Source: a bacterium (lineage in GTDB: Bacteria > Patescibacteriota > Saccharimonadia > Saccharimonadales > AWTP1-31). From it: a DNA stretch of 64,000 nucleotides. The translations under genes were made by a program, and so were the position numbers. The notes under the pieces are model-generated. The model made no database searches. It worked only from the letters and a program-made list of their open reading frames with translations, and was not told where the DNA came from. The stretch is taken from positions 26,462-90,461 of the forward strand of contig JAUHZB010000001.1 of NCBI GenBank assembly GCA_030426125.1. The letters run 5' to 3'. Of this stretch, positions 39,533-48,349 are shown one piece after another (positions within the stretch are counted from its first letter, which is position 1; each line of letters opens with the position of its first letter).

Positions 39533-39558
39533 AGCCCCTGACAACCCAGGGGCTTTTT
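39533..39558 (+). terminator. Intrinsic terminator/attenuator upstream of the racemase
   Basis: AGCCCCTG-ACAACC-CAGGGGCT followed by TTTTAT; lies 17 nt before the racemase ATG. Confidence 0.8.
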
Positions 39559-39575
39559 ATATTTAAGGAATACTC

Positions 39576-40295
39576 ATGTTAAACCAACCACCAAAAATAG
39601 GAATAGTATCTGGCATCGGACCCTTAGCTGGGGCTGATGTACTTACAAAAGTAATTAAAAATGCTGCTAAGTATTTTAACGCAGTCGAAGACTACGAATA
39701 CCCCGATGTAGTGTTGATCAATCATGGAATAAAAGGAGTCGATAGCAGCGCTAAGCTAAGCGATGTTTTTGAAGAAGAATTAATAACCATGGTTAGTCAG
39801 TTAGAATCTCAGGGAGCCAATATTATTGGCATTGCCTGCAACACCGCTCATCTATACCTGGATAAGATCCCGATTAAACCAAACACAAAATTACTAAACC
39901 TAATAGATCTAGTAGCAAAATGCGCAAGCGGAACAAACAACAACCTGCTACTAACCTCAAGAACCACTAAAGAAAAAGGGTTATATAGCAAATACCTAAG
40001 TAAGTATGGTTGTTCATACTCAGGGACTAACTTCACCCAACAACAGTTAGTTGATCAGGCAATAGCTGCAATTATGGCTCATGATTTAGAGAAGGCAGGG
40101 AAGCTCGTAGCAAATATATTTGATTCTGTTAAACCTTCAGAAGTATCTACAATAATCGCCGGATGTACCGAGTTACCAATCGCAATTGACAATTGTTTGA
40201 GCAAAAAAAGATTTAAAGTAATTGATTCTAATGATGTTCTAGCCAGAAATTTAGTTGAAGAATATTACAGGTCTAAGCTCCAGGCTGACTACTAA
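39576..40295 (+). CDS. Aspartate/glutamate racemase family (RacX/YgeA-like) amino-acid racemase
   Basis: IGIVSGIGPLAG, IACNTAH, AGCTELP (two catalytic Cys). Confidence 0.92.
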   Translation: MLNQPPKIGIVSGIGPLAGADVLTKVIKNAAKYFNAVEDYEYPDVVLINHGIKGVDSSAKLSDVFEEELITMVSQLESQGANIIGIACNTAHLYLDKIPIKPNTKLLNLIDLVAKCASGTNNNLLLTSRTTKEKGLYSKYLSKYGCSYSGTNFTQQQLVDQAIAAIMAHDLEKAGKLVANIFDSVKPSEVSTIIAGCTELPIAIDNCLSKKRFKVIDSNDVLARNLVEEYYRSKLQADY

Positions 40296-40866
40296 CTTTA
40301 ACTACGTGTGCTTCCCGCCATGAATCAAAAACCCCGGGCCTTCCTACCACCTTCTTTGACTCAAAAACAAAACCATTCTGGCGTTTAGATCTGTAAAAAT
40401 CCAAGAAACATATACTGTCTTCAAGCAGATAAGGGAAATCTGGAGATTCTTTTAGATCATCAGGCATGCCTAGTAGCCAGTCTATCTTGGCTTCCAATAA
40501 TTCAATATTGGCCTCTAGCAACCAACTCATAGTCTGATGGTCGTCTTCGAACTCCGGAGCTTTTTTCCATCTATCTATTGGCCACCAAGTAGGAAACAGG
40601 TTGCCCTTGTCAGTGTAATATTCTGTGAAAAGACGATCTTCGCCATTAGCTTCACCGTTTCCCTCAAAACGAACCGTACCGTCACTAGCCAACCCTCGGC
40701 AAATCGCAACCTCTCCAATACTACTGCTGTGTCCATAGTAGAGGTAACCTTCCTCGCAATCTTCCATAGCTACGTTAACCGTGTCGGTCTGCCAGAACTC
40801 ACGAAAATAGTCTGTAGCTAAATCTTTATTCACTTCTGGTGAAAGTGATGAATCTAACTGTTTCAT
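40273..40866 (-). CDS. Hypothetical acidic protein
   Basis: 197 aa ORF, no TM, 3' overlap with the convergent racemase. Confidence 0.65.
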   Translation of the reverse strand: MKQLDSSLSPEVNKDLATDYFREFWQTDTVNVAMEDCEEGYLYYGHSSSIGEVAICRGLASDGTVRFEGNGEANGEDRLFTEYYTDKGNLFPTWWPIDRWKKAPEFEDDHQTMSWLLEANIELLEAKIDWLLGMPDDLKESPDFPYLLEDSICFLDFYRSKRQNGFVFESKKVVGRPGVFDSWREAHVVKVSSQPGA

Positions 40867-40907
40867 AAAGTATATTATGAATTAAAAGTAATTGTTTAGC
40901 AAATTCT

Positions 40908-41915
40908 CTACTTCTTCCAAACCCTAACATAATCTATCTTAACGTCTGATGCTGGACCAGCTTTAGGTGTCTTACCGCTTTTATATCCAACATTAAATAT
41001 TAGATATTCTTCAGCTCCACCATCATAAGTTGGGTATCTTGTAACCTCCTGGCCGTCGACATAAATAACATTCAGTCCTTGACGACGATCAACACCATAA
41101 ATATGGTAGGTATCACACCAATCACTGCCAGGACCTATAGTAAACTGAGTAATTTCACGGCCATTCCCACGATCAAAATGATAGTTACTAGTCATCCGTC
41201 CAGTTCCACCAATTTCAGCTACATCTATCTCGCCATCGCCAAAACCGCTCTGATTACCATTAATCCACCAGGCTGGCCAGTTATAGCAATTAGTTCCATT
41301 GCCAGGGAAGTGAACCCTCGCTTCTGCAAAATGACCATCAGTCATGACGAATCCTTGACCCTCAACTTCAGAAGGTAGGGACATGATTAATGCACCTTTA
41401 TCGGTGGAGTCATTCTCCGCAACCGTCGATTGCCTCAACACTGCATTGCCCGACTCAACTCGTACATTAGACTTCAAAGTCTGTGAATCATTCATCTTTC
41501 CACAAACATCTGAGCCGGGAAACGCTCGAGGAAAAAAGCAGGGCGCCCATTTATTGGTATTTAAGGTTGTTCCATTAAATTCATCACTAAAAACCATGTT
41601 CGTCCAACTTGTCCCCGTGCCATTGTCCACGCAGGGAACAAAAGAATCTCCACTTTTACAGCCCTGATCAGAAGAAACGCTCTCTTGTTTAAACTCCACA
41701 GCTTCGCCACTAGATGCACTTGCATCAATAAATTGCATTGCCGGTAATCGAACATCACCTGTCTCGGCCTCAGTAGCAATAAAGTTACCACTAGCACCTG
41801 AGATACCGAGTATTATTATTCCAACAAGCGCAACTATTACTGAAGAAATTAGAATAATTGTTTTTCTTGAATAATATTTTCTTTTTATAGCGAGAAGTTT
41901 ATTAAACATAACCAA
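40908..41915 (-). CDS. Membrane-anchored/secreted glycoside hydrolase family 16 (likely start ATG 41909)
   Basis: FSDEFNG, WPAWW, catalytic GEIDVAE, YHIYGV, YVDG, IDYVRVW; N-terminal TM. Confidence 0.9.
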   Translation of the reverse strand: MVMFNKLLAIKRKYYSRKTIILISSVIVALVGIIILGISGASGNFIATEAETGDVRLPAMQFIDASASSGEAVEFKQESVSSDQGCKSGDSFVPCVDNGTGTSWTNMVFSDEFNGTTLNTNKWAPCFFPRAFPGSDVCGKMNDSQTLKSNVRVESGNAVLRQSTVAENDSTDKGALIMSLPSEVEGQGFVMTDGHFAEARVHFPGNGTNCYNWPAWWINGNQSGFGDGEIDVAEIGGTGRMTSNYHFDRGNGREITQFTIGPGSDWCDTYHIYGVDRRQGLNVIYVDGQEVTRYPTYDGGAEEYLIFNVGYKSGKTPKAGPASDVKIDYVRVWKK

Positions 41916-41937
41916 AGTATAGCAAAATATCTAAATG

Positions 41938-42498
41938 TTAAGTCAGCTCTGAATACTTTTTAGCAAACAATTTAATAGCCTTGGATCTATGACTAACTGC
42001 GTCCTTTTCGGCGGTATTCATTTCTCCGTAAGTCTTACTGCTGCCTTCAGGAATAAAAACCTTGTCAAAACCAAAGCCATTATCTCCACGCGGCGCCACA
42101 ACAACTCCTTTATTTTTGCCAACTACTGAGAAAGACCGTTGGCCATCGTAGTAAGCTATAGCGCAAGCAACTCTAGCGGGTTCGTTTTCTCTTCCAGCCA
42201 GTAGATGTAGTGCGTTTTCACCGATTGTTTTTAAAAAGAACTTAATAAAAGGACCAGGGAGCCAACCTAACTTCTCAATTCCAGCGCTAACGTCTTCTAC
42301 GATTACTGGTGTTTTTAGGATATTGTAAGCACGTTTTGCTTTATCTAAAACAATTTCTTCAGGATCAAGGGACTGTATTTCAGGGATATCTAAATCATGG
42401 ATATCAATGTCCAATCCTAATTCCGAGTCCAGTATTCTGCGCCATTCCGCTAGCTTACCTGTATTACCGGATACTAAAGTTAGCTTCATTGGGCACAT
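41938..42498 (-). CDS. rdgB: Non-canonical purine NTP pyrophosphatase (RdgB/Ham1) (likely start ATG 42489)
   Basis: SGNTGKLAE, EIQ, VEDVS, PGPFIK, FGFD, KDAVSHR. Confidence 0.9.
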   Translation of the reverse strand: MCPMKLTLVSGNTGKLAEWRRILDSELGLDIDIHDLDIPEIQSLDPEEIVLDKAKRAYNILKTPVIVEDVSAGIEKLGWLPGPFIKFFLKTIGENALHLLAGRENEPARVACAIAYYDGQRSFSVVGKNKGVVVAPRGDNGFGFDKVFIPEGSSKTYGEMNTAEKDAVSHRSKAIKLFAKKYSELT

Positions 42499-42545
42499 TT
42501 TATCATAAGCATAAGCGGTACAACATTATTGCATAGATTAGAACC

Positions 42546-42929
42546 TTAATCTTTGTCAGTTTCTACACACACATTCCTCAGGGCGGGTGATCCAATTAAG
42601 TTTGGACATTCTTCACATCTACGAAATCGAGGACAGTTAATTCTAGTATAATCAAAAGATATGTCGCTGATAGCCATACCATGCTCAGCTATTGGCTGAA
42701 CAACTTCACTGTAGGCGTGGTACTCTCCATCTCTGTCTGGTATACATCGCTTGGTCTTAAATATACCTGAAGCTAAAACATCATCGGCAACCTCTAAAGG
42801 CTCTTTTAACCAAACAACCCTATCATCGCCTATGACGTGCTGAGATCTGTCAGCTGATCTTTGCTCATCGATTCTTCTTAGCTCTTGAATCCATTGTTTT
42901 TCGCGTTCATTTAGCCACTCTACCGACAT
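42546..42929 (-). CDS. Hypothetical protein with C-terminal Cys cluster
   Basis: 127 aa; CPRFRRCEECP...C. Confidence 0.55.
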   Translation of the reverse strand: MSVEWLNEREKQWIQELRRIDEQRSADRSQHVIGDDRVVWLKEPLEVADDVLASGIFKTKRCIPDRDGEYHAYSEVVQPIAEHGMAISDISFDYTRINCPRFRRCEECPNLIGSPALRNVCVETDKD

Positions 42930-43121
42930 ATACAGCCGCCATCACTATCACTCTTCTGTTCGAAATTTACCATAGATAAATTATCTCAGACTTTGAAGTA
43001 ATTAAAAGCAGAAACGAAATAGTACAGCATCTTGATCGATACTAGAACGTTATTGGTGTAACTATTTACTAGACAATTATTATAATTTTGTTATAATACA
43101 ACTGAGAAAGGTTGTTAAATT

Positions 43122-43334
43122 ATGGCACAAAAAGTTATAAAAATCGGAAGTTCTTTAGGCGTTACTATTCCAAAAAAAGAACTTAGCGAACTCAACATCA
43201 TAGCTGGAGATGAAGTTGAAGTAGCAATAAAGAAAAAGTCTAGTAAAGCTATTAAGCACGAACAGTTACTAAAAAATCTCGAGGGTTTTATGGATACATA
43301 TGACCAAGATCTCAAGAATTTAGCAAAAAGGTAA
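43122..43334 (+). CDS. AbrB/MazE/SpoVT-type antitoxin
   Basis: KVIKIGSSLGVTIPK..L..LNI..GDEVEV; 1-nt overlap (TAATG) with the toxin. Confidence 0.9.
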   Translation: MAQKVIKIGSSLGVTIPKKELSELNIIAGDEVEVAIKKKSSKAIKHEQLLKNLEGFMDTYDQDLKNLAKR

Positions 43335-43720
43335 TGAAATATTTGACGGCCGAGGAAATCTTGTTGATTCACCACCAACTCATCGAGCGATATGGTGGAT
43401 CGCACGGTACTCGTGATTTATCCAGAATTAAATCCGTGGCTATCGCGCCGTCTCAATTTGTTTTTGGTGAAGAGCAATACAAAACAATTTTTAAAAAAGC
43501 AGCCGTTTACGCACGCAATATAATTACTGATCACCCGTTTCATGATGGAAATAAGCGAACAGGAATTACAACTGCTGCAATGTTCTTAGCTAAAAATGGA
43601 TATAATCTAAAAACAGGTGTAGGTGAAATAGAAAACTTCGCCGTAAAAATTGCGACTAAAAAGCTGAGTGTTGACGATATTGCCAACTGGCTTAAGCAAC
43701 ACACAAGCACAATCAATTAG
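43334..43720 (+). CDS. Doc/Fic family toxin (death-on-curing)
   Basis: G.RD, KAA.Y, Doc motif HPFHDGNKRT. Confidence 0.93.
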   Translation: MKYLTAEEILLIHHQLIERYGGSHGTRDLSRIKSVAIAPSQFVFGEEQYKTIFKKAAVYARNIITDHPFHDGNKRTGITTAAMFLAKNGYNLKTGVGEIENFAVKIATKKLSVDDIANWLKQHTSTIN

Positions 43721-43760
43721 CTATAAGTGGTATGGTGCAGCATTGTTGCTGAGGTTAGAA

Positions 43761-44162
43761 CTAATCTTCAACATAATAGCTATATATATCCACAGCAGCC
43801 AATGAGCCAGCAAACCTAACAATAATACCGTCTTCGGGTAGAAGTGATTTAAAGTGTTCTAAGTGATCTTCTCCAGCCCTGCCAATTATTGCGTCTTTAG
43901 GAAAATGCAAACCAACTATACGTACATCTTTTAGCCTTGTTTCATCTACAAAGATATTAATATCATTATCACCGTCAACTTCCAGTGTATGCTCATCTCT
44001 AATACCCGCATTAAATTGATCACTAACTGGGTGTATATTAATCTTGCCAGAAATCCCAAAGGGGTTTTTTCTATCACCGCCTAGATGACCGTCAATAAGA
44101 CTGAATACTTCAGGCTCTGAAAGGTCCAGGAATAAAGCTTTTTCGCCAACAGTTACATCCAT
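43761..44162 (-). CDS. Hypothetical acidic protein
   Basis: 133 aa ORF immediately downstream of tRNA-Arg. Confidence 0.55.
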   Translation of the reverse strand: MDVTVGEKALFLDLSEPEVFSLIDGHLGGDRKNPFGISGKINIHPVSDQFNAGIRDEHTLEVDGDNDINIFVDETRLKDVRIVGLHFPKDAIIGRAGEDHLEHFKSLLPEDGIIVRFAGSLAAVDIYSYYVED

Positions 44163-44209
44163 TCCTAAAATCTAATATCTGTTAACTATTAATGCAAGCA
44201 TAAGCGATA

Positions 44210-44286
44210 TGGTACACCCGACAGGATTCGAACCTACGACCTTTGGCTCCGCAAGCCAACGCTCTATCCAGCTGAGCTACGGGTGC
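44210..44286 (-). tRNA. tRNA-Arg (anticodon GCG)
   Basis: GCACCCGTAGCTCAGCTGGATAGAGCG-TTGGC-TT-GCG-GA-GCCAA-AGGTCGTAGGTTCGAATCCTGTCGGGTGTACCA. Confidence 0.96.
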
Positions 44287-44348
44287 ATACTGTGTTGTGC
44301 TCTAATTATTAGAACAGGGGTTATCTTAACATATTTAATCTGTTAGCG

Positions 44349-44972
44349 CTAGAATCTAATCTTGTGCATTAGGGTGTCAACAAAATCAGGTTTTCGTTCT
44401 TCTATCGGTAAATAGCCACTTAATATGTCCACTATTTTATCTCTGTCATTAGGGTCAAAGTAAATACTAAGTCCAGGAGCAAAGCGCTGCAGGGGAAGTA
44501 ACCAGATAGCCTCCACACCTCCTTCATTTACGACTGAAAAAGACTTGAAAGAAGCAAATGGGTATAGCTTCTTATCTACGGTTAGACCATTATTATCTAT
44601 TAAATAGGGAAGTTCTCTAGGCTTCCGAGCCGCTGTATAACCAAAGATTACAGATATTATTACTATTACCCCAACAATAAATAAGTCTCCACTTAAGAAA
44701 AAGGCGCCAACAGCAGTAATGGCCGTTATTACCATTAGGCCTAGATACCATAGGAATGTTTTTGAGTGAGCAATAAACTCTGAGGCCGTCCAACCAATAG
44801 ACTCAGAAGGCTGGGGGTTACCATCAACAACAGCCGGCTGATCGGTTGAATCATCTCCGCCATTATAGGTCCAGCCCGCTTGTTGATCAGTAGCTTGACT
44901 CTGGTCATTACTCTGGTCATTATTGGATGGTTGCATAAGCATATTGTAACCTAATAACTTAATCCTATACAA
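44349..44972 (-). CDS. Hypothetical 2-TM protein with C-terminal PH-like domain
   Basis: WTASEFIAH.K...WY, two TM, then YLIDNNGLTVD..YPF; real start probably the MLMQP/MQP ATG near 44942. Confidence 0.7.
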   Translation of the reverse strand: MYRIKLLGYNMLMQPSNNDQSNDQSQATDQQAGWTYNGGDDSTDQPAVVDGNPQPSESIGWTASEFIAHSKTFLWYLGLMVITAITAVGAFFLSGDLFIVGVIVIISVIFGYTAARKPRELPYLIDNNGLTVDKKLYPFASFKSFSVVNEGGVEAIWLLPLQRFAPGLSIYFDPNDRDKIVDILSGYLPIEERKPDFVDTLMHKIRF

Positions 44973-45089
44973 CGAATATTAAGCACCTTTGTAGCAAACA
45001 ACAAACAACACTACACTTCTTAAAGAAATGTGCTATAATTTACCTCTGTTAATATATCAATTAACATTGCTGCTACAACAAATGTGCCT

Positions 45090-45182
45090 GGAGGGGTACC
45101 CAAGTGGCTTAAGGGGACGGTTTGCTAAATCGTTAGTGGGGCGCAAGCTCCAGCGAGGGTTCGAATCCCTCCTCCTCCGCCA
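45090..45182 (+). tRNA. tRNA-Ser (anticodon GCT)
   Basis: GGAGGGG...ACGGT-TT-GCT-AA-ATCGT, long variable arm, GGTTCGAATCC, CCA. Confidence 0.96.
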
Positions 45183-45207
45183 GATTCAATCAAATTTCAC
45201 CTTATAC

Positions 45208-45297
<90 letters not shown>

Positions 45298-45347
45298 TTT
45301 ATTATTACGTTTCTTTTTATCCCTAATCTTATAGTTACATTTATCAG

Positions 45348-46076
45348 CTAAGCCCTAGCAAAAACCAGAGCGTCTACTCTTCTAGCTCCTGAATTCAATA
45401 GACAACTGGCAGCAGCTTCTAGCGAAGCGCCGGTGGTTAGCACATCATCCACTAGCAACACATCTTTATCTTTAACCTGAGCACCAAACTTTATCCGAAA
45501 AGCACCCTCCATTTGACTAAGTCGGTCAATCTTTTTAGAACCAACCTGCCTGGCTTGCCCTAGTCTGGTCAGAGCAGGGCGATAAGGAACACCCAAAGAA
45601 CTAGCTAATCTTCTTGCTATTAGTTGTGAGTGATCATAGCCTCGCTGACGCCTACGACTACTGGCCGTTGGCAAGGGTACTAATATTTGCTCTTGGTTAA
45701 CCGACTTTTGGTCGATAACCAACTCCAGCATACTATCAGCAATTATACTCGATGCAGCTTTGGCTCTTTCAAACTTCAATCTACGTACTAGTTCTTTAGC
45801 TATGCCTTGGTATTTAGTTCTAAGCCTTACAGAATTAAGTGAACTAATCGACTTGCAACTACTACAGGTAGTAAAATCGTCGGTCGTTCGAGCGCACAGA
45901 TAACAACAACTCGCTAGAGGGCTACCAAGTTTGGGCCAGCAACTGCGACATAGCAACTGACCCTCGTCACCACAGCTCAAACAACTATGGGGAGCAAATA
46001 AAGCTATAACAGATTCAATCATATTCATGTTGTACATATAGTGTTGTAAATAGTCCTTATGGGGTTGAAGCCTCAA
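45348..46076 (-). CDS. comF: ComF family competence protein (zinc ribbons + PRTase domain)
   Basis: CLSC, CRSC, CYLC, CSSC; RQRGYDHS; LLVDDVLTTGASL. Confidence 0.92.
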   Translation of the reverse strand: MRLQPHKDYLQHYMYNMNMIESVIALFAPHSCLSCGDEGQLLCRSCWPKLGSPLASCCYLCARTTDDFTTCSSCKSISSLNSVRLRTKYQGIAKELVRRLKFERAKAASSIIADSMLELVIDQKSVNQEQILVPLPTASSRRRQRGYDHSQLIARRLASSLGVPYRPALTRLGQARQVGSKKIDRLSQMEGAFRIKFGAQVKDKDVLLVDDVLTTGASLEAAASCLLNSGARRVDALVFARA

Positions 46077-46151
46077 TTTAGCTAAGTTATACTACTTTTA
46101 AGATAAAAATGCTATTATAAAAATACAATTAGTACCTGGAGGGTAACAACT

Positions 46152-46631
46152 ATGGCGCGACGTGACCGCGATGAAGATTTATTGATGGAAGATGAGCTAA
46201 CCGCAGCTTTTCTGGGTGATGATGAACCAACTACTAAGGCTCCACCTGCCAAACAACCAGAAGTAGAAGAGCAAATCGAAGAAGAGTGGGATGAAGAAGA
46301 AACAGTACCAGGACAACTGGCTGTAGATGTTTATGAGACAAAAGAGAAGCTAGTTGTAAAAGCTCGAACTGCTGGAGTGAATAAAAGTGAACTAGACGTA
46401 AGTATCGCAGATAATACTCTTAGTATCCGGGGCACCCTATCTGCCGGTAACGAAGATGACGTTGAAAACTACTTTGTTCAAGAATGTTACTGGGGTGAAT
46501 TCTCTAGAAGCATTACTCTACCAGTACCAGTAAAGGAAGAAGAGATTGAAGCTGTTCTAAAAGACGGCGTTCTAACTATTAGCTTCACTAAGCTAAAACA
46601 AGACACCGTTAAGAAGATCCAAGTCCTATAA
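46152..46631 (+). CDS. Hsp20/alpha-crystallin small heat-shock protein
   Basis: LAVDVYET, ECYWGEFSRSITLP, LKDGVLTI; GGAGGG SD. Confidence 0.95.
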   Translation: MARRDRDEDLLMEDELTAAFLGDDEPTTKAPPAKQPEVEEQIEEEWDEEETVPGQLAVDVYETKEKLVVKARTAGVNKSELDVSIADNTLSIRGTLSAGNEDDVENYFVQECYWGEFSRSITLPVPVKEEEIEAVLKDGVLTISFTKLKQDTVKKIQVL

Positions 46632-46689
46632 TTTCCTATATAGGTACTGGCTAGATTTACTAACTGTATAGTTACAGTGTAGCGCTAAC

Positions 46690-46722
46690 AAAAAAAACAC
46701 CCTTCCGAAGAGGGGTGTTTTT
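46690..46722. terminator. Bidirectional intrinsic terminator between hsp20 and the pilin array
   Basis: AAAAAAAACACCCTT-CCGAAG-AGGGGTGTTTTT hairpin with A-tract and T-tract flanks, between convergent genes. Confidence 0.85.
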
Positions 46723-46761
46723 AATTACCTAAGCTAATCGCTAGTTAGCGTACTGGACTGT

Positions 46762-47181
46762 TTATCCGCTTTGGCCAACAAATCGTTCTAGTACGAAACG
46801 TACAATGATCTGGGCAAGTGCTACTACTACAAGGCCAATTACAGCGTATAGAATAGTATTCTTGGCGGCTGTAATGTTAGAACTTTCACCTTGAGAGGTA
46901 ATGTATTTAACACCACCGACAATGATCATTACTACAGCGATGATACCAACTACTGCACTAAATAGGTTAAGGCCTAGGGTTACAGTTTCGTTTACTTGGG
47001 TTCCAGCTGATTCGTCAGTTACACAAGTTCCATCAGCGCCAAGTAATTCACCGTCTGTTCCAGAACAAACACTGTCTTGAAGCTCAAAAGCGGCATTTGC
47101 CACTGGAGCCATTGCAAATGGAGTAACTAGCGCTGCTGAAGCTAGAACTGTTATTAACATTTGTTTAATTGTTTTTATCAT
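46762..47181 (-). CDS. T4SS pilin (VirB2/TrbC-like), copy 6
   Basis: Signal peptide, Cys-pair loop, IIVGGVKYITSQGE...AAKNTILYAVIGLVVV. Confidence 0.88.
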   Translation of the reverse strand: MIKTIKQMLITVLASAALVTPFAMAPVANAAFELQDSVCSGTDGELLGADGTCVTDESAGTQVNETVTLGLNLFSAVVGIIAVVMIIVGGVKYITSQGESSNITAAKNTILYAVIGLVVVALAQIIVRFVLERFVGQSG

Positions 47182-47254
47182 TTTAAATTTTAACCTTTCT
47201 TTATTCTCTATTGTTTATACCATAACTTGCTTGGGCTTATCAAGTTGTTTGTCC

Positions 47255-47659
47255 TTATGTAAACTGCGTCAATACAAACCTAACAATAATCTGAGCTAGA
47301 GCAACTATTACAAGACCTATAAGGGCATACATCACACTATTTTTTGCTTCGTTTATTTTACCGCTCTCACCCTGTGATGTCATGTACTTTACCCCACCGA
47401 TCATAACCATAACTATGGCTATTATTCCAATAATAGCACTAAATAGATTTAGGCCAGTCTGGATAATACCGTCCACAGAAGTTGAGTCTGGATTTTCGCA
47501 ACCGTCTCCACTAGCCGAACTCACCCCAGCTCCTGCACAAACCGCTTTCTTGGCTGTTTCATCTGCAGCTGAGGCCATTGACGGAAAAAGAGATATTGCA
47601 AACATGCTACCGAAAAACATAATTAAGGCTATAGTGGTTAATTGAATTTTTCTTATCAT
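47255..47659 (-). CDS. T4SS pilin (VirB2/TrbC-like), copy 5
   Basis: MIGGVKYMTSQGE...EAKNSVMYALIGLVIV; Cys pair. Confidence 0.88.
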   Translation of the reverse strand: MIRKIQLTTIALIMFFGSMFAISLFPSMASAADETAKKAVCAGAGVSSASGDGCENPDSTSVDGIIQTGLNLFSAIIGIIAIVMVMIGGVKYMTSQGESGKINEAKNSVMYALIGLVIVALAQIIVRFVLTQFT

Positions 47660-48066
47660 AATCTACTCTGTATAAAATACACTATTGTGCGAGCTAAAAC
47701 CAGTACCACAATACCTACTGCAGTATAAATCAAACCAGTCCTTGCTTTAGTAACTTTTGCGCTATCTCCTGACGACATAATTAGTTGTAGTCCATTGTAC
47801 ATAACCATGACAACAGCGATAATTCCACCGACTGCAGCAACTAGATTAGCGATAGTAGATATCAAATTATCTTCACCAGCTAATAGATCAGTGTCTGTTG
47901 GAGTCTGACATACGGCAGAATCGCTTGCAGATCCAGCAGAACCGTCACGACAACCAGGGAATGGATCAACAGCACTAACAGTATCCATATTCACCAATGA
48001 AAAAGTTAAGAATAAGAAACTTATTAGTGTGAATAGCTGTAGGAACAAAGGAATTTTTTTAATCAT
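47656..48066 (-). CDS. T4SS pilin (VirB2/TrbC-like), copy 4
   Basis: YNGLQLIMSSGD...KARTGLIYTAVG; Cys pair; 4-nt overlaps with both neighbours. Confidence 0.85.
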   Translation of the reverse strand: MIKKIPLFLQLFTLISFLFLTFSLVNMDTVSAVDPFPGCRDGSAGSASDSAVCQTPTDTDLLAGEDNLISTIANLVAAVGGIIAVVMVMYNGLQLIMSSGDSAKVTKARTGLIYTAVGIVVLVLARTIVYFIQSRL

Positions 48067-48347
48067 ACACGATTCACCACAAAGTTAAGGATAGTAGAAG
48101 CCGATACTGCCACAGCTAAACCTAGAGCGGCATAAATTATAGACTTTCGTGCCTTGGATAAAGCTTGTGGGTCATCTTGGGCTAACATAAACTTAATGCC
48201 TGATATCATAATAACTATCAGGGAAACTCCACCTATAATTACAAATACTATGTACAAAATTGTCTGAAATGGATCACGTGTTGTTGTATCTATATTTGGC
48301 AGTGGGCTTGTATCCACAGCAAGCAGCCTGGCTAAACTACTAAACAT
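48063..48347 (-). CDS. T4SS pilin (VirB2/TrbC-like), copy 3
   Basis: ISGIKFMLAQDDP...KARKSIIYAALG; short N-terminus without Cys. Confidence 0.85.
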   Translation of the reverse strand: MFSSLARLLAVDTSPLPNIDTTTRDPFQTILYIVFVIIGGVSLIVIMISGIKFMLAQDDPQALSKARKSIIYAALGLAVAVSASTILNFVVNRV

Positions 48348-48349
48348 AA

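Noticed and set aside
44899-44923. Tandem 12-bp repeat CTCTGGTCATTA x2
   Set aside because: An in-frame duplication in a low-complexity N-terminus (SNDQ) with no sign of phase variation.
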